DNA of 60,816 nt from contig CAZRDB010000004.1 of the NCBI GenBank assembly GCA_964598695.1, forward strand, positions 1-60,816, read 5' to 3'. The notes below the pieces were generated by a model. It was given only the letters and a program-made list of their open reading frames with translations, was not told the DNA's origin and searched no databases. Of the stretch, positions 39,316-48,267 are shown piece after piece. Positions within the stretch are counted from its first letter, which is position 1, and each line of letters begins with the position of its first letter. This stretch comes from an uncultured Armatimonadia bacterium (GTDB lineage Bacteria > Armatimonadota > Zipacnadia > UBA1398). The position numbers were made by a program, and so were the translations under genes.

Positions 39316-40860
39316 GTGAAGTCAAAGGCCGAATCGGTCGCTGCCCCCGAGGCAGAGCTTCTGTGTCTCACCGGGGTCACGAAGTCGTTCGGGGGCGTCC
39401 ATGCCCTCCGAGGCGTCGATTTCCATCTCCGGCGCGGTGAAGTCCACGCCCTCGTGGGCGAGAACGGCGCCGGCAAGTCGACGTTGATGAAGATCCTGGC
39501 CGGCAACCACCGGGCCGACGCCGGCCAGGTGGCCCTCGAGGGTCGCGTGCGCCACTTCGACGCGCCCCGAGACGCCCAGAGCGCCGGGATCGCGATCGTC
39601 CACCAGGAGTTGTCGCTCGTCCCCGACCTCACGATCGCCGAGAACATCTTCGCCGGCCGGGAGCCGACCCGCGCGCTGGGCTTCGTCGACCGCGCGAAGC
39701 TCCACGCGGGGGCGCGCGAGGCGCTTGCGCAGCTCGGACTGCACCTGCCGACCGACTCGCTGGTCCGCCACATCGACGTGGCGATGCGCCAGATGGTCGA
39801 GATCGCCAAGGCGATCTCGCTCGACTGCAAGGTCCTCATCCTCGACGAGCCCACCTCGGCTCTCACCGACCGGGAGACGGCCCTCCTCTTCCAGGTCATC
39901 CGACGGCTGCGGGAGCGCGGCGTGGGGGTCATCTACATCAGCCACAAGCTCGGCGAGGTCTTCGAGATCGCCGATCGGGTGACCGTGCTGCGCGATGGGC
40001 AGCTCGTGGGCACCGTCGAGACGACGGAGGTCACGCCCGACGACATCGTGCGCATGATGGTCGGACGCGAGCTGAGCAACCTGTTCAACGAGAAGGGTCG
40101 GGCGCCCGGCGAGGTCGTGCTCGAGGTCAAGGGCCTCACCCGCGAACCTGCGTTCCGCGATGTCAGCTTCTCGCTCCGCGCGGGCGAGATCACGGGTCTC
40201 GCCGGGCTGGTCGGCGCGGGACGGACGGAGGTCGCGCGCGCCCTCTTCGGCGTCGACCGGCCGGATGCGGGCGAGGTCCTCCTCGCCGGCAAGCCGCTGC
40301 GCGCCCGCTCGCCCGAGGAGGCGATCGCGCACGGCATCGCCTACCTGCCGGAAGACCGCAAGGAGCAGGGGCTGTTCCTCGAGATGTCGGTCCGGGCCAA
40401 CGTCGTCGCCGCCTCGCTCCGCGAGCACGCGCGCAACGGCTTCCTGAGCCCCGCGGCCCAGGACCGGACCGCCGAGCGAATGCGGGAGCGCATGCGCATC
40501 AAGACCAGCTCGGTCGAGGCGCCGGTTGACAGCCTCTCGGGCGGCAACCAACAGAAGGTGCTCTTCGGCAAGTGGCTGGCGCGGGAGCTGAAGGTCTTCC
40601 TCGTCGACGAGCCGACCCGCGGCATCGACGTCGGCGCCAAGAGCGAGGTCCACGCCCTCCTGCGCGAGCTGGCCGACAGCGGCGTGGCCGTCCTGGTCAT
40701 CTCCTCCGAGCTGCCCGAGGTGATCGGCGCCGCCGACCGCGTTCTCGTGATGCACGAGGGCCGGCTCGTGGGCGAGGTCGGTCCCGCGGAGATGACCGAG
40801 GAGAGCATCATGATGCTCGCCGCCGGGCGAGCGAAGGAGGACACCGAGCGTGTCGGCTGA
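39316..40860 (+). CDS. sugar ABC transporter ATP-binding protein (two ABC cassettes, RbsA/MglA-type)
   Basis: Two Walker A motifs (GENGAGKST, GLVGAGRTE) and signatures LSGGNQQK. Length of 514 aa is typical of the CUT2 family. Confidence 0.9.
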   Translation: MKSKAESVAAPEAELLCLTGVTKSFGGVHALRGVDFHLRRGEVHALVGENGAGKSTLMKILAGNHRADAGQVALEGRVRHFDAPRDAQSAGIAIVHQELSLVPDLTIAENIFAGREPTRALGFVDRAKLHAGAREALAQLGLHLPTDSLVRHIDVAMRQMVEIAKAISLDCKVLILDEPTSALTDRETALLFQVIRRLRERGVGVIYISHKLGEVFEIADRVTVLRDGQLVGTVETTEVTPDDIVRMMVGRELSNLFNEKGRAPGEVVLEVKGLTREPAFRDVSFSLRAGEITGLAGLVGAGRTEVARALFGVDRPDAGEVLLAGKPLRARSPEEAIAHGIAYLPEDRKEQGLFLEMSVRANVVAASLREHARNGFLSPAAQDRTAERMRERMRIKTSSVEAPVDSLSGGNQQKVLFGKWLARELKVFLVDEPTRGIDVGAKSEVHALLRELADSGVAVLVISSELPEVIGAADRVLVMHEGRLVGEVGPAEMTEESIMMLAAGRAKEDTERVG

Positions 40861-41974
40861 GAGCGAACGGTCCCCCGAGCCCAAGGAGGCGGGAGCGCCT
40901 ACGACGCCGCCGAGGGCCACGGGATGGCGTAGGGTTCTGCGGCAGCGCGAGGTGATGACCCTCGGGTTGATCGTGCTGGCCGCGTTCGTTTTCCACATGC
41001 TCACCCTCTCGTCGCGGCCCGAGACCTGGCCCTCGATGTTCGGCAACACCTCCCATCTGTTGACCTTCATCGTGCCGCTGTCGTCCGACGCGATCGTGAC
41101 CGTGGGGATGCTGTTGGTCATCCTGGGCGGCGGCTTCGACCTCTCGGTCGGCAGCGTCCTCGCTCTCTCGGAGATCGCCGCGGCCGCGATCCTCAAGCAC
41201 TTCTACGACGCCGACGCCGGCGTACTGCCGGGCCACGCGATCCCCCTCGCGTTCGCGGGGGGCGTGGGCGTGGGCTGCGCGACCGGCACGGTCAACGCCT
41301 TCGTCGTCACCCGGTTCGGGGTGAACCCCCTCATCGCGACCCTCGGCACCATGAGCGTCGCCCGCGGCCTGGCGAAGTGGGTCGTCTCCAAGTACGGCGT
41401 CCTGACCCAGCTCCCGCCGCAGTTCACCGGGATCGGGCAGAAGGCGTGGGAGTTCGGCCAGAAGTCGGCGGAGCAGGGCGGCGGCCCGGCCTACCAGCTC
41501 TCGGGCTACCAGATCTTCTTCATCGCGGTCGCGGTGATCGTCGTGGGGGACATCGTGCTCCGCCACAGCCGCTGGTTCCGCCAGATCTACTACGTCGGCG
41601 GCAACGAGACGGCCGCGCGCCTCTCGGGCATCAACGTCGAGCGGGTCCGGGGCGTCACCTACATCCTGTGCGGCAGCCTCGCCGGCCTGGCCGGGGTGCT
41701 CTCGTGCGCGAAGTACGGCGCGGCGAACGGGGATTCCGGCATGGGCCTCGAGCTGCAGGCCATCGCCGGGTGCGTCATCGGCGGCGCCAGCCTCGCCGGC
41801 GGCGTGGGCACGGCGCTCGGCGCGGTGCTCGGCTGCGCGATGATGATCGTGGTCTACAAGGGCCTGGTCTGCTGCGATGTCGACCCCACGCTGCAGCACG
41901 TGGCCCGCGGTCTGGTGCTCGTGGCCGCCGTCACGCTCGACATGTGGGTCGTCCGGCGCAGGAAGAACCGCTAG
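40850..41974 (+). CDS. sugar ABC transporter permease (RbsC-type, CUT2 family)
   Basis: Polytopic. Motifs GGFDLSVGSV and NPLIATLGTMSVARG are typical of RbsC-like permeases. Overlaps the ATPase gene by 11 nt. Confidence 0.85.
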   Translation: MSAESERSPEPKEAGAPTTPPRATGWRRVLRQREVMTLGLIVLAAFVFHMLTLSSRPETWPSMFGNTSHLLTFIVPLSSDAIVTVGMLLVILGGGFDLSVGSVLALSEIAAAAILKHFYDADAGVLPGHAIPLAFAGGVGVGCATGTVNAFVVTRFGVNPLIATLGTMSVARGLAKWVVSKYGVLTQLPPQFTGIGQKAWEFGQKSAEQGGGPAYQLSGYQIFFIAVAVIVVGDIVLRHSRWFRQIYYVGGNETAARLSGINVERVRGVTYILCGSLAGLAGVLSCAKYGAANGDSGMGLELQAIAGCVIGGASLAGGVGTALGAVLGCAMMIVVYKGLVCCDVDPTLQHVARGLVLVAAVTLDMWVVRRRKNR

Positions 41975-42033
41975 AGGGAGGTCGCCGAGCCGCGCCGGGC
42001 CCGGCGACCCGCCTGAGGAGGGATACGGGTCTG

Positions 42034-43260
42034 ATGAAGCGGAGCATGGTGTGGTCGTTGTCACTACTGGTGTGTGTCGGGATCCTGCTGGGCTGCATGA
42101 GCCTGGCGGGCTGTCCCAAGAAGGAGGCCGCCACGCCGGCGGGTCCGGCGGCCGGCGCCGGTGGCGCCACGGCGGGCGCGGGCGGCGCCGCCGCCCCCAC
42201 GAAGGCGTCGTCGGATGAGAAGTACTACTGCATCGGGATCTCGACCGGCGCCGAGTACTGGGGCGCGACGAAGGTGGGCATGAAGGACGCCGCCGAGGAG
42301 CTGGGCGTCCAGCAGGAGTTCCAGGGGCCGTCGGACCAGAACCCGGCGAATCAGTCGGACACGATGGATCAGATCATCGCGCAGAAGCCGGCCGGCATCC
42401 TCATCGCCCCCGGGAGCCCGGACGTACTCACGCCGATCATCGACAAAGCGATCGCGGCGGGCATCCCGGTGATCTGCATCGACACCGACGCGCCGAAGGC
42501 GAAGCGGATCGCCTACTTCGGCACCGACAACTACAACGCCGGCCGCAAGGGCGCCGAGATCCTCGCCCGCCTCCTCGAGGGCAAGGGCGATGTGGCCATC
42601 TCGAGCCGACCGGGCCAGTGGAACCTCGATGAGCGCGTCCGGGGCTACAAGGAGTACTTCGCCGAGAAGGCCTCCGGCGTGAACGTCGTGCAGGTGATCG
42701 ACGATGAGACCAAGCAGGAGGTCGGCGAGAAGCAGTCGGCCTCGGTGCTCACGAGCCACCCCGACCTTGCGGGCTTCGCGGGCGTCAACGCCGTGAGCGG
42801 ACTCGGCATCGCCTCGGCCGTCCGCAGCCAGGGCAAGATCGGCAAGGTCAAGGTCGTCGCCATGGACGGCGACACGGGCATCCTGAGCCTGATCGAGGAG
42901 GGCATCGTCGACGCCTCGATCGCCCAGCGGCAGTACTGGATGAGCTACATCGGCCTGATGTACCTCTACGGCCTCAACCACGGCTTCTTCGCGAAGCCGG
43001 GCGAGGGCGCCAAGCTCGGACTCCCAGAGGTGCCGGGGGAGATCGACACCACGGTCGTCGAGGTCAACAAGGACAACCTCGCGTCCTTCCGCACGCCCAG
43101 CCAGGGCGCCAAGGAGACCCTCCCCGAGGTCTACAAGAAGACCATGGAGGTCCTCCGCAAGGGCACGCCGATGAAGGCGGCCGAGTTCGAGGCCTTCGTC
43201 GGGGGCAAGGCCACCGGTGAGGCGCCGGCCGCCAGGACCGAGAGCGCGCCCAAGAGCTAG
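42034..43260 (+). CDS. sugar ABC transporter substrate-binding lipoprotein (type I periplasmic binding fold)
   Basis: GAGGAGGG RBS. Lipobox SLAGC followed by an Ala/Gly-rich linker, then YYCIGISTGAEYW...GILIAPGSPDVL...IPVICIDTD, typical of RbsB-like SBPs. The ORF-track upstream part was rejected. Confidence 0.85.
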   Translation: MKRSMVWSLSLLVCVGILLGCMSLAGCPKKEAATPAGPAAGAGGATAGAGGAAAPTKASSDEKYYCIGISTGAEYWGATKVGMKDAAEELGVQQEFQGPSDQNPANQSDTMDQIIAQKPAGILIAPGSPDVLTPIIDKAIAAGIPVICIDTDAPKAKRIAYFGTDNYNAGRKGAEILARLLEGKGDVAISSRPGQWNLDERVRGYKEYFAEKASGVNVVQVIDDETKQEVGEKQSASVLTSHPDLAGFAGVNAVSGLGIASAVRSQGKIGKVKVVAMDGDTGILSLIEEGIVDASIAQRQYWMSYIGLMYLYGLNHGFFAKPGEGAKLGLPEVPGEIDTTVVEVNKDNLASFRTPSQGAKETLPEVYKKTMEVLRKGTPMKAAEFEAFVGGKATGEAPAARTESAPKS

Positions 43261-43282
43261 CCATCGACCGACGCGCGTGTCC

Positions 43283-43317
43283 GCGCCGCCCCGGCCGCCT
43301 CGGCGCCGGGGCGGCGC
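43283..43317. terminator. GC-rich perfect hairpin between convergent genes (bidirectional terminator candidate)
   Basis: GCGCCGCCCCGGC (43283..43295) and GCCGGGGCGGCGC (43305..43317) are exact reverse complements (13-bp stem, 9-nt loop). No strong U-tract. Confidence 0.5.
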
Positions 43318-43328
43318 TCTGTACGGCC

Positions 43329-44378
43329 CTACGGAGCCGCCTCGTACAGCTCCACCGCCGCGCGCATGCGGGCCGGTACGTCGACGCCGAAGGGGCAGCG
43401 GGAGAGGCACTCGCCGCACGCGACGCACGCCGAGGCCGGCACCGCGAGCGCGGCGTACCACGCGCGGATGCCGTCATCGATCTGCCCCATCTCGCCGACG
43501 TCCGCGCGGAGGATCGTCTGGCCGATGTCGAGCCCCTGGGGACAGGGCATGCAGTGGTTGCAGTAGGTGCACAGGCCGGCGAAGGTCTCCGGCAGGCCCG
43601 CGCGCGCGGCGGAGAAGTCGCGCTCCTCCGCGCCGGCCTCGAGGTACCGCAACGACTCCCGGAGCTGGTCGACGTCCCGCACGCCGACCAGGGCCATGGA
43701 GACATCCTGTGCGAGCGTGTAGGCGAGGCACTGGACCGGCGTGATGCCCGTCGGCTTGCCTCCTCGGCTCAACAGGCGTCCGCCGTGGAACGGCTTCATC
43801 GCGATCAGGCCCACCCCGGCCGCGCGGCAGGCCGCGACGACGCGGGGCAGCACCGTGTCGAGGTGGGTGAGAAGACTCAGGCCGACCATCTGCACATCGA
43901 CCATGCCGCTCTCGGCAGCAACGAGCTGGATAGCGGGGCTGTGGCCGGAGATGCCGACGTAGCCCACGCGGCCGTCGGCGCGCAGATCCTCGAGCGCGTC
44001 GAGCGAGCGGAGCACCCAGTTGTCCCACGACCACTGGTCGTCGATGATCTGGAGCATCGCCCCGTCGGCCCGCCCCCCGAGTCGCTCCAGCACCGCCTCG
44101 AACTCGCGTCGGGCCTCCTCGATACTGGGGGCGCGCCCCCAGTGCGCGGTGACCAGGAACCGCTCGCGGTGCGGACGCAGCGCGGGGGCGAGTTCCTCCC
44201 AGTAGGCCGCGTTGTGGGTCAGCGGGTTCGGGAAGACCGCATCGAGGTAGTTCATGCCCGCGTCGGCGGCTGCCCCGAGCACGGCGTCGATCGCGCGGCG
44301 ATCGGGCTCGAAGTGCTCCCCTCCCAACCCCAGTGCTCCGACCTCGTGACCGGTGCGTCCGAGCGGCCTGCGCTCCAT
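43329..44378 (-). CDS. aldo/keto reductase fused to C-terminal 4Fe-4S cluster domain (COG1453-type), paralog of 35239..36198
   Basis: ATG 44378 (MERRPLGRTGHEVGALGLGG) with an AAGGGAG RBS. C-terminus CTYCNHCMPCPQG...CVACGECLSRCPFG. Confidence 0.8.
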   Translation of the reverse strand: MERRPLGRTGHEVGALGLGGEHFEPDRRAIDAVLGAAADAGMNYLDAVFPNPLTHNAAYWEELAPALRPHRERFLVTAHWGRAPSIEEARREFEAVLERLGGRADGAMLQIIDDQWSWDNWVLRSLDALEDLRADGRVGYVGISGHSPAIQLVAAESGMVDVQMVGLSLLTHLDTVLPRVVAACRAAGVGLIAMKPFHGGRLLSRGGKPTGITPVQCLAYTLAQDVSMALVGVRDVDQLRESLRYLEAGAEERDFSAARAGLPETFAGLCTYCNHCMPCPQGLDIGQTILRADVGEMGQIDDGIRAWYAALAVPASACVACGECLSRCPFGVDVPARMRAAVELYEAAP

Positions 44379-44548
44379 GCCGGTGCTCCCTTCGGTATTC
44401 CCACACGTTTGTTTGTATCGGCAGGCGACGATGGTGCCACACGCCGGGCCGGCTGTCCACCGCCCGGGCCGCGGTGGTGGGAGGTCCCCACCCCACCCCG
44501 CCGGAAACAGCCTCTTCCGACACGTCACTCCCTGGGAGGCCACACACA

Positions 44549-45631
44549 ATGCGCAGTCCACTCGTTCGCGCCCACGCCCTCGCGGCGTGTGCCGTCATCC
44601 TCTGCCTGGCGGTTCTCGCCGTCGGCTGCCAGAAACCCGCCGATCCCGCGAGCCCCGCAGCCGGACCGACCGCCGGCGCCGCTGCGGCCGGGGGCAAGAC
44701 CGATGCCCCGAAGGGGCCGGTCAAGATCGGCTTCATCGTGAAGCAGCCCGAGGAGCCCTGGTTCCAGCAGGAGTGGAAGTTCGCCGAGGACTGCGCCAAG
44801 GAGATGGGCTTCGAACTGCTCAAGAAGTCCGGCACCGACGGCGAGAAGGTCCTGGCGGAGATCGACAACCTCGCCTCCGCCGGCGCGCAGGGCTTCGTGA
44901 TCTGCACGCCCGACCAGAAGCTCGGGCCGGCCATCGTCGCGAAGGCGAAGGCGGCCAACCTCAAGGTGATGTCGGTCGACGACCGCTTCGTCGGCCCCGA
45001 CGGCCAGTTCATGGCCGATGTGCCCCACATGGGGATCTCGGCCCGCAAGATCGGCGAGATGGTCGGCAAGGGCCTCGCCGCCGAGATGGAGAAGCGCGGC
45101 TGGGACGCGAGCGAGGTCGGCTGTGCCGCGATCACCTACAAGCAGCTCGAGACCTCGAAGGAGCGCACCGACGGCGCGACCGAGGCCCTGCTCGCCGCAG
45201 GCTTCCCCCAGGACCGGATCTACGAGTCGGCCGAGAAGACCACCGACACCCAGGGCTCGATGGACGCGATGAACATCCTGCTCACCCAGCACCCCCAGGT
45301 GAAGAAGTGGCTGATCTTCTCGATGAATGACGAGGGCGTGCTCGGCGCCGTCCGCGCGGCCGAGGGCGCGGGGTTCAACGCCGAGAACACGATCGGGATC
45401 GGCATCGGCGGGACCACGGCGATCGCGGAGTTCCGGCGTAGCGAGCCGACCGGCTTCTTCGCCTCGGTCCTGATCAACCCGTACCGCCACGGCTACGAGA
45501 CCTCCAAGCTGATGTACGAGTGGATCGCGCAGGGCAAGGAGCCGCCGAAGGAGACCTACACGGAGGGCACGCTGGAGACGCGCGACACCCTCGAGAAGAC
45601 CATGAAGGAGCGCGGCCTGCTCGTCGAGTAG
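44549..45631 (+). CDS. araF: L-arabinose ABC transporter substrate-binding lipoprotein
   Basis: Long collinear similarity to E. coli AraF as I remember it (IGFIVKQPEEPWFQQEWKFAE, GFVICTPDQKLGPAIVAKAK, MNDEGVLGAVRAAEG). Lipobox LAVGC plus a flexible linker. Confidence 0.9.
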   Translation: MRSPLVRAHALAACAVILCLAVLAVGCQKPADPASPAAGPTAGAAAAGGKTDAPKGPVKIGFIVKQPEEPWFQQEWKFAEDCAKEMGFELLKKSGTDGEKVLAEIDNLASAGAQGFVICTPDQKLGPAIVAKAKAANLKVMSVDDRFVGPDGQFMADVPHMGISARKIGEMVGKGLAAEMEKRGWDASEVGCAAITYKQLETSKERTDGATEALLAAGFPQDRIYESAEKTTDTQGSMDAMNILLTQHPQVKKWLIFSMNDEGVLGAVRAAEGAGFNAENTIGIGIGGTTAIAEFRRSEPTGFFASVLINPYRHGYETSKLMYEWIAQGKEPPKETYTEGTLETRDTLEKTMKERGLLVE

Positions 45632-45689
45632 GCGCCCGGCGCGGCCACGGAGCGAGAGGACGCGCCGCGTCCCCTCGCCGGAGGATCCC

Positions 45690-47225
45690 ATGAGCTACCT
45701 CGAGTGCGAGGCCATCTCGAAGCGCTTCCCGGGCGTTCTCGCCCTGGACCGCGTCTCGCTGTCCATCGACGAGGGGAGCGTGCGCGCGCTGGTCGGCGAG
45801 AACGGGGCCGGCAAGTCGACGCTGCTCAAGGTGCTGAGCGGCGTCTACGCGTCCGACGGCGGAGCCCTCCGCCTCGGCGGTACGGCGCAGCGGTTCCGTA
45901 CCACGACCGACGCGCTCCGGGCGGGCATCGCCGTCATCTACCAAGAGCTGAACCTGGCCCCCGAGATGTCGGTGGCCGAGAACCTGTTCCTCGGACACCT
46001 GCCCACGCGCGGCGGCCTGCTCCAGTGGGGAGCGCTCCGTCGGCGTGCGCGGGAGCTGCTTGCCGCGCTCGGCGAGGAGCAGATCGACCCGGCGGCCAAG
46101 GTCGGCAGCCTGCCGATCGCCCAGCGCCAGATGGTTGAGATCGCGAAGGCCCTGGCGCGCGACGCGAAGGTCATCGCGTTCGACGAGCCGACCTCCAGTC
46201 TCTCGGAGCGCGAGGTGCGGCGCCTGTTCCAGGTGATCGCCGACCTCAAGGCCCAGGGCCGCGTCGTGATCTACGTCTCGCATCGGCTGCAGGAGATCTT
46301 CGAGGTGTGCGACTCCGTGACCGTCTTCCGGGACGGCCGAGTCGTCGAGACCTTCCCGACGCTGGAGGGGCTCACGCAGGACACCCTCGTGAGCCGGATG
46401 GTCGGCCGGCAGATCGCCGACGTCTACGGCTACACCCCGCGCCCGATCGGAGGGCCGGTGCTCGAGGCACGGGGGATCACCGGGCCCGGCCTGACCGGCC
46501 CAGCCGACCTCACGGTACGCCGGGGCGAGATCGTCGGGCTGTTCGGGCTGGTCGGTGCGGGCCGCACCGAGCTGCTCCGCCTGCTGTACGGTGCGACGCG
46601 CTCCACGCGGGGCCGGGTCACGGTCGAGGGCCGTCCGGTGCGCGTGACGAGCCCCGATGCCGCCCTGGCCGGCGGGATCGTCTACTGCTCCGAGGACCGC
46701 AAGAAGGAGGGCATCGTCGCGATCCGCTCCGTGCGCGAGAACATCAACCTCGGGGCGCGGCGGGCCTTCTCGCCCATGGGACTTCTCCGTCCCCGGGCCG
46801 AGCTGGAGAACGCGCGGAGGCAGGTCCGGCGGTTCGACGTGCGCGCGGCCTCGCTCGACCAGGAGGTCGGTCTGCTGTCCGGTGGTAACCAGCAGAAGGT
46901 CATCCTCGGCCGGGCGCTCTCCGGCGAGGTCAAGGTCGTCCTCCTCGACGAGCCGACGCGCGGGATCGACGTCGGCGCGAAGAGCGAGATGTACGCGTTC
47001 ATCTACGAACTCGCCTCGGCGGGTGCGGCGGTGGTGGTCGTCTCGAGCGACCTGCCCGAGGTGCTCGGGCTCTCCGACCGCGTCGTCGTGATGCGGCAGG
47101 GCGCCATCGCCGGCGCACTCGACCGCGCCGAGGCCGATGAGGAGAGCGCTCTCCGGCTCGCGTTGCCCGCAGTGCGCGCGGTAGCGCCGGAGAACGCCGG
47201 TGCGGGAGGTACCGATGTCCGGTAG
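45690..47225 (+). CDS. araG: L-arabinose ABC transporter ATP-binding protein
   Basis: Two ABC cassettes (GENGAGKST, GLVGAGRTE; LSGGNQQK). Located between the araF-like and araH-like genes. Confidence 0.85.
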   Translation: MSYLECEAISKRFPGVLALDRVSLSIDEGSVRALVGENGAGKSTLLKVLSGVYASDGGALRLGGTAQRFRTTTDALRAGIAVIYQELNLAPEMSVAENLFLGHLPTRGGLLQWGALRRRARELLAALGEEQIDPAAKVGSLPIAQRQMVEIAKALARDAKVIAFDEPTSSLSEREVRRLFQVIADLKAQGRVVIYVSHRLQEIFEVCDSVTVFRDGRVVETFPTLEGLTQDTLVSRMVGRQIADVYGYTPRPIGGPVLEARGITGPGLTGPADLTVRRGEIVGLFGLVGAGRTELLRLLYGATRSTRGRVTVEGRPVRVTSPDAALAGGIVYCSEDRKKEGIVAIRSVRENINLGARRAFSPMGLLRPRAELENARRQVRRFDVRAASLDQEVGLLSGGNQQKVILGRALSGEVKVVLLDEPTRGIDVGAKSEMYAFIYELASAGAAVVVVSSDLPEVLGLSDRVVVMRQGAIAGALDRAEADEESALRLALPAVRAVAPENAGAGGTDVR

Positions 47226-48264
47226 CGAGGCGACAGGAGCCCTCAAGCTCCTCGGGAGGAGGCTCCTGCGGGGAGTCCAGGGCAACGCGGCGATGGTCGC
47301 CATCCTCGTGATCATGTTCGCGGCGATCGGGCGCTTCGTCCCGAGTTTCTACACCGGCGCGAACATGAAGGGCCTTGCCCTCGCGGTCTCGAGCGTCGGG
47401 ATGGTCGCATGCACGATGCTCTTCTGTCTCGCGTCGGGCGATTTCGACCTCTCGGTCGAGAGCGTCTTCATGTGCGCGGGCGTCGTGACGGCCGTGGTGA
47501 TGACGGCGACGGGAAGCATCGTGGCCGGCATCGCGGCCGGCTTGGCGTTGGGCGTCGCGGTGGGCCTGTTCAACGGCGTGCTGATCGCGACATGCGGCGT
47601 CAACGCGCTGATCGCCACGCTGGGCACGATGCTGATCGCGCGCGGCGTCGGGTTCGTCGTGAGCAAGGGCCAGGCCGTCGCGATCACCACCGAGGCGTTC
47701 TTCCCTCTGGGCACCGGCTTCTGGATGCACGTGCCGATCCCGGTCTGGATCACCGTCGCCTGCTTCCTCGTCTTCGGCTTCCTGCTCAACGGGACGGTCT
47801 TCGGCCCCAACACCCTCGCGATGGGCGGCAACAAGGAAGCGGCCCGCCTCGCCGGCATCCCCGTCACGCGGACCAAGATCATCATCTTCACGATGCAGGG
47901 CGCCGTGGCGGCCCTCGCGGGGATCGTCACTGCCGCGAAGATGTGCAGCGGCCAGCCGAACATCGCGCAGGGCTTCGCGCTCCAGGTCATCTCGGCATGC
48001 GTCCTCGGGGGCGTCTCGCTCCAGGGCGGGATCGGGACGATCCAGGGCGTGCTGGTCGGCGTGCTGATCATGGGCACCGTACAGAACGTCATGAGCCTCA
48101 CCAACACCGACGCCTTCTGGCAGTACATCATCAACGGCGCGATCCTGCTCGCCGCCGTGCTGTTCGACCTCTATCGCCGGCGCCGGGCCGATACGCTCGC
48201 CGTCCGCCGGCAGGCGCGCGAGGCCGAGCGGCTTGCGGAGCGGGAGGCCACACAGGAGGGCTAG
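47215..48264 (+). CDS. araH: L-arabinose ABC transporter permease
   Basis: Polytopic. GDFDLSVESV and NALIATLGTMLIARG motifs. ATG 47215 is preceded by GGGAGG and overlaps the araG stop by 11 nt. Confidence 0.85.
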   Translation: MSGSEATGALKLLGRRLLRGVQGNAAMVAILVIMFAAIGRFVPSFYTGANMKGLALAVSSVGMVACTMLFCLASGDFDLSVESVFMCAGVVTAVVMTATGSIVAGIAAGLALGVAVGLFNGVLIATCGVNALIATLGTMLIARGVGFVVSKGQAVAITTEAFFPLGTGFWMHVPIPVWITVACFLVFGFLLNGTVFGPNTLAMGGNKEAARLAGIPVTRTKIIIFTMQGAVAALAGIVTAAKMCSGQPNIAQGFALQVISACVLGGVSLQGGIGTIQGVLVGVLIMGTVQNVMSLTNTDAFWQYIINGAILLAAVLFDLYRRRRADTLAVRRQAREAERLAEREATQEG

Positions 48265-48267
48265 AGC

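Noticed and set aside
45658-45672. A 15-nt perfect palindrome GGACGCGCCGCGTCC between araF and araG.
   Set aside because: It cannot form a hairpin because the loop is 1 nt. It could be a protein site, but a single short GC palindrome is not significant on its own.
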